Source of the DNA: Candidatus Cloacimonadales bacterium
Lineage (GTDB): Bacteria > Cloacimonadota > Cloacimonadia > Cloacimonadales > JAFGVF01
Direction: 5' to 3'
Length of the DNA: 64,000 nt
NCBI GenBank assembly: GCA_963677495.2
Contig: CAXXOU010000002.1
Coordinates: forward strand, 128,001-192,000
Part shown: one piece after another, positions 19,863-28,106 of the stretch
Layout: the number at the start of each line of letters is the position of its first letter
Numbering within the stretch: position 1 is the first letter of the stretch
Position numbers and translations under genes: made by a program
Notes under the pieces: generated by a model
Database searches by the model: none
The model's input: only the letters and a program-made list of their open reading frames with translations
What the model was told of the DNA's origin: nothing

Positions 19863-21338
19863 TTATAACACCTTCATGTAGTCATCTAATGAGCGCTCTA
19901 TTAATGAACTCTCTGAGTCTTGTTGTGGTTCTGATTCTGATAATTCATTTAGCTTCATTTGTCTTACTTTTGCATTCAGAAGCTTCTCTATGGCTGTTGC
20001 CTTTACATGCGAAAGAGTCATTACCTCAGGAAGCACTGACTCCCATACATCTGTTTCATAGTTACGCTTAAACTTGCTTAAGGCTCTCAACTGATCCCTT
20101 GCTATTTTAGGGTTATCATTAACAAGCCTCTGGATTAGTTCTTCTCCTTGGATATATTCACTCATCTCATCCTTTACTCGCTCAATAAGCTCTTGTAGCA
20201 CTACCGTAAAATCCCGATAATGATTAGTGTTTTTGATGATTTTGCCTTTTTCTGTGCATAGCTCATGTTGGCAGATTTCCTTTCTTGTATAAATATCCAT
20301 CACCACTAAAGTGCTCTTTTCTTTTTGCACATATACCTGTTTTCGCTGATACTCTAATGGAACAGAGTACTTATTACCCTCATACGAGATTAAGCCTGTT
20401 TTATCTGCATTACGAACTTCTAAAGTGAAGATAAACTCTGGAATATCTTTTAGCTTTAACCTCTCTTCTTGCCATACTTCTGATGGTACTTTACGGGTTG
20501 TGCCATGGGTTCTGCCGTTAAAGTGTAAAAGCCACTCAAGTCCGCGTGAACGCAGGTCTGCCAGGTCTTTGAACTCTTTGCCATACATAAAGCCATGCTT
20601 TACTTCTGAGACATTACGCTCTACTTTACCCTTGCTTTGTGGATCATAGCCTTCGCATACATGAGGATGAAAGCCCGTTTTTGCTGCAAACTGATGGAAC
20701 TGATTATTTAAGATTACTTCCCGATAGCGTTCCTGTATTACTACAAGCTTTGTCTGGTCGTAAACACACTCTGAAGGGATACCTTCAAAATAGATAAAAG
20801 CTTCACGATGAGCTTCAATAAACCTTGATGTGTTATATGGTGTTGTGCTCCAATGGACATAGCTTTGACGCGAGTGGGAAAGCACAAAAACTATAAAATA
20901 AACTCTTTGACGTTTATTACCCAAAACTACTTTCATCTCACCTGGATCAACTTGAACCTGAACACCGGGAGCCGTCTCGATTACTGCATAATTACGGTAT
21001 TTATCGACAGGATAAGTCTGCTTTAGCTTACGAACAAAATCTCGGAAAGCTCTGTCTTTTGCTTTTATCTCAGGGAACTTTTTCTTAACTTCTAAATATA
21101 GTACACTAGCTCTTAATCGTGGATATTTGCTAAGCCTTTCGCGGACATATTGCTCACATATGGCAAAACTGCTTTCACGAATGCTATTGTTTATTAGTTC
21201 CATGAACTCATCAAGTGTCATATTTATGTATTTACCTACTGTTGTCTTTGATAGAGACAACTCCTCTGCGATCTTACGCTGACTATGCCCTTGCTTATGC
21301 ATAGTTTTTATTGAATGATACACTTCTACTCCAATCAT
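19863..21338 (-). CDS. istA: IS21 transposase IstA
   Basis: N-terminal HTH, ETAPGVQVQVD, VLSHSR, YDQTK, PQSKGKVER. Probable start ATG at 21338 (track start 21395). Confidence 0.95.
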   Translation of the reverse strand: MIGVEVYHSIKTMHKQGHSQRKIAEELSLSKTTVGKYINMTLDEFMELINNSIRESSFAICEQYVRERLSKYPRLRASVLYLEVKKKFPEIKAKDRAFRDFVRKLKQTYPVDKYRNYAVIETAPGVQVQVDPGEMKVVLGNKRQRVYFIVFVLSHSRQSYVHWSTTPYNTSRFIEAHREAFIYFEGIPSECVYDQTKLVVIQERYREVILNNQFHQFAAKTGFHPHVCEGYDPQSKGKVERNVSEVKHGFMYGKEFKDLADLRSRGLEWLLHFNGRTHGTTRKVPSEVWQEERLKLKDIPEFIFTLEVRNADKTGLISYEGNKYSVPLEYQRKQVYVQKEKSTLVVMDIYTRKEICQHELCTEKGKIIKNTNHYRDFTVVLQELIERVKDEMSEYIQGEELIQRLVNDNPKIARDQLRALSKFKRNYETDVWESVLPEVMTLSHVKATAIEKLLNAKVRQMKLNELSESEPQQDSESSLIERSLDDYMKVL

Positions 21339-21509
21339 ACCTACTCCAAACTGTCTTGAAGTAGTCATTTTTAAAGGTTGGCAGTTTTGTACCACTTTTC
21401 ACTGCCATCGTGTACCATTTCTCACTGCCATTGACAACCCTTACGACTTCATTCACTCCATTCCATGTCGTTCATTCCGCTCAGGGTGACATCACTAGAA
21501 AAATATTCA

Positions 21510-21700
21510 CAGTGCCATTACCAATAACTTAGCTATACTTATTGTCCTTTTTACTCCCTTTTACTGCTCTTTTCACCAACGCGCTGTACACGCACTGTGA
21601 TCCCACTGTGAAGGCACTGCCAACCCACTGTTTCACTGGGTTCACAGTGCGTGCACAGTGGGAAAGCAGTGGGATGATTGCGTTTTGATAGACAGTTTAA
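21510..21700. repeat. ~190-bp dispersed element with 11-bp-periodic CACTG/CAGTG palindrome (copy 1)
   Basis: CACTG at 21593/21604/21615/21626 and CAGTG at 21645/21656/21667. An inverted homolog lies at 39745-39937. Confidence 0.8.
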
Positions 21701-21906
21701 TCCAATTGTGCAGATGTTGTAAAATTGAGAAATTGTGACTATAACATTGCGATACCAAAGCCAGAGAAGTAATCCCATAATAGAGATAACATTCAGCAAA
21801 ATGACGCTTAATTGTTTGATACTATGGAAATTATTAGATACATCTAACATTAATATTGGTTATTAGACAATTCCAACTATAATATGGAAAATATTTGGAG
21901 GAAATA

Positions 21907-23886
21907 ATGCTGAATAAGAAAATATATATACTTACAATTACAGTACTTGCGCTCCTATTTCTTATAGGTTGTGACGATAGTACTACCGGTCCTGACTATG
22001 ATTATATGGATATCACTGCAGCCAATGCAGTAGATCTGATAAATAGTAATCCTGAATTAATAATAATTGATGTTTCAAACATGTGGAATCTTGGACACCT
22101 ACCAGGTGCTCTGAATTATCCTTTAGGTGATGGTAGCTTTGAAGCTGAAATCCCTAACTGGGATCCTATGGCTATGTATTTAATTTACTGCCACTCTGAT
22201 GCTGCTGCAATAGCTGCTGCTGAGATGCTTGAAGATGAAGATTTTAAACATGTCTATCGCCTGGTTGGTAACTTTGGAGGTTGGGTAGATTCCGGTTATC
22301 CAATCGAAGTAGCTGACTATATGGATATCACACCTGCTAACGCTCAAACTTTAATAAACGATAATCCCGGGATCTTCATAATTGATGTATCCAATATGTG
22401 GGAATATGGTCATATCCCAGGAGCTTTGGATGTCCCTTTAGGAGATGATAGTTTTGAGAATGCTATTCCTACATGGGATTCAATGGCTATGTATCTTGTA
22501 TATTGTCATACAGATGCAGCGTCAATGTCTGCTGCTCAAATGCTTACAGATGCAGATTTCCCACACGTTTATCGTTTAGAGGGAAATTACGGTGCTTGGG
22601 TTGGTGCAGGTTATCCCATCGAAGTAGAAGCATATAGAGATATTGCTCCAGCTGATGCGCAGACTTTGATAAACGATAATCCCGGAATCTTCATAATTGA
22701 TGTATCCAATATGTGGGAATATGGTCATATCCCCGGAGCTTTAGATGTTCCATTAGGAGATGACAGCTTTGAGAATGCTATTCCTACATGGGATTCAATG
22801 GCTATGTACCTTGTATATTGTCATACAGATGCAGCGTCAATGTCAGCAGCCCAAATGCTTGTTGATGCTAACTTCCCCCATGTATATCGTCTTGAAGGAA
22901 ATTACGGTGCTTGGGTTGGTGCAGGTTATCCAATCGAAGTAGAAGCATATAGAGATATTGCTCCTGCTGATGCACAGACCTTGATTAATGATAACCCGGA
23001 TATATTCATTATTGATGTTTCAAACATGTGGGAATATGGTCATATCCCCGGAGCTTTAGATGTTCCATTAGGAGATGATAGTTTTGAGAATGCTATTCCT
23101 ACATGGGATTCAATGGCTATGTACCTTGTATATTGTCATACAGATGCAGCGTCAATGTCAGCAGCCCAAATGCTTGTTGATGCTAACTTCCCCCATGTAT
23201 ATCGTCTTGAAGGAAATTACGGTGCTTGGGTTGGTGCAGGTTATCCAATCGAAGTAGAAGCATATAGAGATATTGCTCCTGCTGATGCACAGACCTTGAT
23301 TAATGATAACCCGGATATATTCATTATTGATGTTTCAAACATGTGGGAATATGGTCATATCCCCGGAGCTTTAGATGTTCCATTAGGAGATGATAGTTTT
23401 GAGAATGCTATTCCTACATGGGATTCAATGGCTATGTACCTTGTATATTGTCATACAGATGCAGCGTCAATGTCAGCAGCCCAAATGCTTGTTGATGCTA
23501 ACTTCCCTCATGTTTATCGTCTTGAAGGGAACTACGGTGCTTGGGTTGATACAGGCTATCCAATCGAAGTAAAAGCATATAGGGACATTACAGCAGAAGA
23601 GCTTTATCAGATGTCTATGGATAACTCAGAATTAGTAATCATAGATGTTTCTCCTATGTATGATCAAGGTCATATTCCAGGAGCAATAAACTATTATGTG
23701 GGTGACGGTTCACTTGATAATGCAATTCCTATGTTAGATTCAGCCGGTTATTATGCAGTATACTGCCATACAGATTCAGCTTCGATGCTGGGTGCACAAA
23801 AACTTATTGATGCAGGATTCATACATGTTTACCGTCTTGAAGGAAACTATGATGCCTGGGTTAATGCAGGTTATCCAGTCGAGTAA
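21907..23886 (+). CDS. Lipoprotein with six tandem rhodanese-like domains
   Basis: Lipobox LIGC. Six repeats of IIDVS...GHIPGA...YCH(T/S)D...VYRLEG...W...GYP, with a 315-bp DNA period in the central copies. GGAGG precedes ATG at 21907. Confidence 0.9.
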   Translation: MLNKKIYILTITVLALLFLIGCDDSTTGPDYDYMDITAANAVDLINSNPELIIIDVSNMWNLGHLPGALNYPLGDGSFEAEIPNWDPMAMYLIYCHSDAAAIAAAEMLEDEDFKHVYRLVGNFGGWVDSGYPIEVADYMDITPANAQTLINDNPGIFIIDVSNMWEYGHIPGALDVPLGDDSFENAIPTWDSMAMYLVYCHTDAASMSAAQMLTDADFPHVYRLEGNYGAWVGAGYPIEVEAYRDIAPADAQTLINDNPGIFIIDVSNMWEYGHIPGALDVPLGDDSFENAIPTWDSMAMYLVYCHTDAASMSAAQMLVDANFPHVYRLEGNYGAWVGAGYPIEVEAYRDIAPADAQTLINDNPDIFIIDVSNMWEYGHIPGALDVPLGDDSFENAIPTWDSMAMYLVYCHTDAASMSAAQMLVDANFPHVYRLEGNYGAWVGAGYPIEVEAYRDIAPADAQTLINDNPDIFIIDVSNMWEYGHIPGALDVPLGDDSFENAIPTWDSMAMYLVYCHTDAASMSAAQMLVDANFPHVYRLEGNYGAWVDTGYPIEVKAYRDITAEELYQMSMDNSELVIIDVSPMYDQGHIPGAINYYVGDGSLDNAIPMLDSAGYYAVYCHTDSASMLGAQKLIDAGFIHVYRLEGNYDAWVNAGYPVE

Positions 23887-23902
23887 ACAAAAGTAATAAG
23901 TT

Positions 23903-23938
23903 AAAAAACTCTGGTTTACGCCAGAGTTTTTTTTTTTT
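23903..23938 (+). terminator. Intrinsic terminator
   Basis: AAAAAACTCTGG-tttacg-CCAGAGTTTTTT with a long T tract. Confidence 0.85.
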
Positions 23939-23999
23939 AGTTGAGTTTATAGATCTAGGATATATCTAGACTTAAGATTGGATCTAAACAGTTACATTA

Positions 24000-24081
24000 C
24001 CACGCAACATCCACGGGTAAACCACGCCTAAACCACGCAAGCCGTGGTTAACCCGTGGTTTGGGCGTGGTCAACCCGTGGT
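24000..24081. repeat. 11-bp-periodic palindromic repeat (CCACG/CGTGG core), copy 1
   Basis: CCACG at 24000/24011/24022/24033 and CGTGG at 24043/24054/24065/24076. Inverted homolog at 60811-60893. Confidence 0.85.
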
Positions 24082-24376
24082 AAAGAATCTAATTGATACT
24101 TCATAGAACACAGTTTATCAGAATACATCAAAGACCTTAGATTTTTTATGAGTTTCAACAATACATAGTTATTGACATAAGATGACTAGGGGAGAATATT
24201 AACTTATAAAGTTTGTGGGGAGACTGATAAGCAATTTCAGTTTCGCACAATTAAGTTAGTATTTATTACTGGGAAATCTATCTTCAAAATCAGGGGATAA
24301 TTATTACTTATCATTGAAGTACAACAAAGCAGATTACATCTATTATCGTAATCTGTTTACAGATTAGAGGTTCCTT

Positions 24377-25399
24377 ATGAAAAAAACAATACTTATCCTT
24401 CTTCTTATACTATTATCGTTCTCGATTTTTGCTGAAATCATCACACAAGAGTTCTATTCAATACCTAACAAAGATGGGCAACTATTTCATCATTACTTAA
24501 GTGGAAACATCATGCCAAGAATCACGGCAGCAGACGCAAGAATAGGTGATGAATATGATAGCTTTGCTGGCACAAGAGCTTGTAGTAGAGCATTCCTTAG
24601 CTATCCAATACCTGCCAATTGTGACTCCCTTTTAGCAGAGGGGTATGCTTTAACTCATGCTGAGATGAGAGTGTTTATTGGTAGTTCAACCGGAAACAAT
24701 TTAGTCCCACACACTTACCCAATCTATGATGGGAATGAACCCGGAGTGAGTGAATTTACCACCTATATCGAGAGAGTAGCACTTGGAGATTCACTTGTAA
24801 TAGAGGATTGGGATACACCTGCACTTAGTAGCCCTTATGTATGGCTTACTGAAGAGACATTTGTCGATACTGTTTGCTTAATAGATAGTGTCTACTACAC
24901 ATATTTCGATGCAACACAAGAAGTACTCAATACGATAGAAGAGGATAGAGAAGTACTTTCCTTAAGAATCAGACTGTATCCTGATGCAGATTATGATGAG
25001 TTCACGGATGCTATGGAGATTAATACAGGAGATTTGTTTAATATAATCTTGGAATATCAAGATTGGAGTTTAATCGGAAGAGTTCCTAAGATAACCTATA
25101 CTTTTGATAATAATCCTCAAAGCAATGAGGAGTTAACCCAACCGGATATTAGTTTATATAACCAATATCCTAATCCCTTCAATCAACAAATCAACTTCAA
25201 AAGCAAGGAGAATGGTAAACTTCAAATCTTCAATATCAAGGGCCAGTTAGTTAAGACACTGACAATCACACCAAATGTAGAAATCAAATGGGATGGAAAA
25301 GATGAAAAAGGAAGCCCAATACCTGTAGGAGTTTATCTTTCCCGTCTTACAACAGAGAGTATCATAACTAAACCCCGGAAGTTCCTCTTCTGGAAATAG
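24377..25399 (+). CDS. Secreted protein with FlgD/T9SS-like C-terminal domain
   Basis: Signal peptide MKKTILILLLILLSFSIFA. C-terminal YPNPFN...IFNIKGQLVKTL...WDGKD...GVYL. Confidence 0.85.
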   Translation: MKKTILILLLILLSFSIFAEIITQEFYSIPNKDGQLFHHYLSGNIMPRITAADARIGDEYDSFAGTRACSRAFLSYPIPANCDSLLAEGYALTHAEMRVFIGSSTGNNLVPHTYPIYDGNEPGVSEFTTYIERVALGDSLVIEDWDTPALSSPYVWLTEETFVDTVCLIDSVYYTYFDATQEVLNTIEEDREVLSLRIRLYPDADYDEFTDAMEINTGDLFNIILEYQDWSLIGRVPKITYTFDNNPQSNEELTQPDISLYNQYPNPFNQQINFKSKENGKLQIFNIKGQLVKTLTITPNVEIKWDGKDEKGSPIPVGVYLSRLTTESIITKPRKFLFWK

Positions 25400-25407
25400 T
25401 TAAAAAT

Positions 25408-26521
25408 CTGTACCTTCGTAATGGTTGAGTTTACGAATCCTTCCGAATGGTGCAAATCGGAGAAACTGACGGTTATGCGACATGAGTACCATTGAGAAGG
25501 TCTACGACCATTATCAAGGTAGAAAACTGTACCTTCGTAATGGTTGAGTTTACGAATCCTTCCGAATGGTGCAAATCGGAGAAACTGACGGTTATGCGAC
25601 ATGAGTACCATTGAGAAGGTCTACGACCATTATCAAGGTAGAAAACTGTACCTTCGTAATGGTTGAGTTTACGAATCCTTCCGAATGGTGCAAATCGGAG
25701 AGATTGACAGTTGTGTGACAAGAGTACCATTGAGAAGGTCTATGACCATTATCAAGGTAGAAAACTGTACCTTCGTAATGGTTGAGTTTACGAATCCTTC
25801 CGAATGGTGCAAATCGGAGAAACTGACGGTTATGCGACATGAGTACCATTGAGAAGGTCTATGACCATTATCAAGGTAGAAAACTGTACCTTCGTAATGG
25901 TTGAGTTTACGAATCCTTCCGAATGGTGCAAATCGGAGAAACTGACGGTTATGCGACATGAGTACCATTGAGAAGGTCTATGACCATTATCAAGGTAGAA
26001 AACTGTACTTTCGTAATGGCTGAGTTTACGATTCCTTCTGAATGTTGCAACTTAGAGGGATTAACGGTTATGTGACAAGAGTACCATTGAGAAGGTCTAC
26101 GACCATTATCAAGGTAGAAAACTGTACCTTCGTAATGGTTGAGTTTACGAATCCTTCCGAATGGTGCAAATCGGAGAAACTGACGGTTATGCGACATGAG
26201 TACCATTGAGAAGGTCTACGACCATTATCAAGGTAGAAAACTGTACCTTCGTAATGGTTGAGTTTACGAATCCTTCCGAATGGTGCAAATCGGAGAAACT
26301 GACGGTTATGCGACATGAGTACCATTGAGAAGGTCTACGACCATTATCAAGGTAGAAAACTGTACTTTCGTAATGGTTGAGCTTGCGAATCCTTCCGAAT
26401 GGTGCAACTCGGAGAGATTGACAGTTGTGTGACAAGAGTACCATTGAGAAGGTCTATGACCATTATCAAGGTAGAAAACTTGGAGGAATTGACTGTTGTG
26501 TGTAAATAGCACCATTGAGAA
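25408..26521. repeat. Tandem array of nine 119-bp palindromic units plus a partial unit, adjacent to the RAYT gene
   Basis: Units start at 25408, 25527, 25646, 25765, 25884, 26003, 26122, 26241 and 26360. Each has two CCTTnnnAATGGT motifs followed by two inverted ACCATTnnnAAGG motifs. Confidence 0.95.
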
Positions 26522-26526
26522 TACAG

Positions 26527-27045
26527 TTAATACTCTAAGCCTTCAGATTCTTTACCAGATTTGTAAAATCTAAAACTCTCTAAATAAGCATCAAAAGATC
26601 CATAATAGTCCACATAATACTTATTAAATACAAATGAATTATTAGTTAGAGCTAAAGATGAGAATTGCTTTAAATAGAGACTTTTAGGATTAGAATGTAT
26701 GTAGTTAATAACAGTATCTAAATATGTATTACCTTTAATCTCTTTAAGTTTCATCGCACTTTCAAATAGAGTCCCGATTCGTTTATGTCTTGCATTATAG
26801 TACTGAGAATATGTATTAAATATATAACGGAACCACTTAAAAATAAGCTTATCGCTGTTTTGTTGGACTAAGAAATGATAATGATTGGGCATGAGAGCAA
26901 ATGCAATAATATTAACATAATCAGGATACTTTGATTCTCTGATAACTGATAAAAGCTTATTGTAATCATAGCTATCTATAAATATTTTTCCTTTGTTACA
27001 ACCTCTATTGAATACATGATAGTACAAGTTCTTCTCCGTAATCAT
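26527..27045 (-). CDS. REP-associated tyrosine transposase (RAYT/Y1 HUH endonuclease)
   Basis: YYHVFNRG, ALMPNHYHFLV (HUH), YNARHKRIGTLF and YIHSNP (catalytic Tyr) motifs. Confidence 0.88.
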   Translation of the reverse strand: MITEKNLYYHVFNRGCNKGKIFIDSYDYNKLLSVIRESKYPDYVNIIAFALMPNHYHFLVQQNSDKLIFKWFRYIFNTYSQYYNARHKRIGTLFESAMKLKEIKGNTYLDTVINYIHSNPKSLYLKQFSSLALTNNSFVFNKYYVDYYGSFDAYLESFRFYKSGKESEGLEY

Positions 27046-27121
27046 TTATCCTCCATGAAATAACATGATTCTCGCAATTATAGTGAATGTCAATAAATAA
27101 TGTAATTGATAACCGTTTGTG

Positions 27122-27172
27122 AGTTGTGTGACAAGAGTACCATTGAGAAGGTCTGCGACCATTATCAAGGTA
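27122..27172. repeat. Right half of the 119-bp unit, on the far side of the RAYT gene
   Basis: AGTTGTGTGACAAGAGTACCATTGAGAAGGTCTGCGACCATTATCAAGGTA is nearly identical to the second half of units 3 and 9. Confidence 0.9.
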
Positions 27173-27197
27173 ATCAGTCGGTTAAATCCATATTGGG

Positions 27198-28106
27198 TTA
27201 CCACTCTCCGACTAGTCTAAGCTCTCTTTCTAAGGTAACACCAAACCCTTTGAGAACTGTAGCTTGAGTAAACTTGATTAAACTAATTACATCATTAGCA
27301 GTTGCATTATCCTGATTGACTATGAAACCACAATGCTTATCAGAGATTCTAGCCCCACCGATTTGATAACCTCTGAGGTCACAATCATCAACCAGCTTGC
27401 CTGTGTAGTGACCTTCCGGTCTTTTAAAGACACTACCACCACTTGGTAGCTCCATAGGTTGCTTAAGCCAACGTTGTTCTTTCAACTCATCCATGCGAGC
27501 TGTAATGTCATTGAGATTCCCCTTTGTGAGCTCAAAAGTAGCTTCCAAAACAATGAAGTCACCAGTTTGGATAATGCTTTGTCTATACCCGAAGTTCATA
27601 TCCGTTGATAACATTGTCACAACTTCACCGGATTTTGATAGTAGTTTAGCACTTTTGAAGCAATCTTTGATCTCTCCGCCATAAGCACCTGCATTCATTG
27701 TAACTGCTCCACCAACTGAACCGGGAATACCGTATGCAAACTCAAGACCGGTGAGACTTAACTCTTTTGCTTTAAGAGTCAGGTCTTCCAATAATACTCC
27801 GCATTGGGCAGTTAGAACACTATCCTTACATTCAAGTTTGTTTAGACGGGTCATGTTTATAACAACTCCTCTAATCCCTTTGTCACTAACCAGGATGTTA
27901 GAGCCATTACCAAGGATGAAATAGGGGAGCTTTTGCTCTTGAACATAGGAATATATATCAATAAACTCTTCGATGTTCATAGGAGATACGAAGATATCAG
28001 CAGGACCACCTATCTTAAAAGATGTATATTTCTTTAAAGGTTCGTCTTGCAGGATTAAAGAATTTGGGAATCTATCAGTAAAATCTCTAATTATATCTTT
28101 AGTCAT
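27198..28106 (-). CDS. murB: UDP-N-acetylenolpyruvoylglucosamine reductase
   Basis: YTSFKIGGPAD, LGNGSNILV, GIPGSVGGAVTMNAGAYG, KQP...SGGSVFKRP, ISDKHCGFIVN. Confidence 0.95.
   Translation of the reverse strand: MTKDIIRDFTDRFPNSLILQDEPLKKYTSFKIGGPADIFVSPMNIEEFIDIYSYVQEQKLPYFILGNGSNILVSDKGIRGVVINMTRLNKLECKDSVLTAQCGVLLEDLTLKAKELSLTGLEFAYGIPGSVGGAVTMNAGAYGGEIKDCFKSAKLLSKSGEVVTMLSTDMNFGYRQSIIQTGDFIVLEATFELTKGNLNDITARMDELKEQRWLKQPMELPSGGSVFKRPEGHYTGKLVDDCDLRGYQIGGARISDKHCGFIVNQDNATANDVISLIKFTQATVLKGFGVTLERELRLVGEW

Larger units (their letters stand above)
19077..21436 (-). mobile_element. IS21-family insertion sequence with 7-bp target-site duplication
   Basis: Ends TGTCAATGGCA...TGCCATTGACA with internal sub-terminal repeats. 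ACCCTTA is duplicated at 19070-19076 and 21437-21443. Contains istA and istB. Confidence 0.95.

Noticed and set aside
21551..21850. 99-aa ORF and the similar ORF at 39735-40031 sharing PLCTHCE
   Set aside because: The shared peptide comes from the palindromic CACTG/CAGTG DNA repeat, not from conserved coding sequence.
25333..26515. Repeated 69-99 aa minus-strand ORFs
   Set aside because: They are overlapping frames produced by a 119-bp (non-triplet) repeat, with no protein features.
25408..26521. 119-bp array as a CRISPR array
   Set aside because: No unique spacers, since whole units repeat with only SNP-level variants, and no cas genes are in the window.
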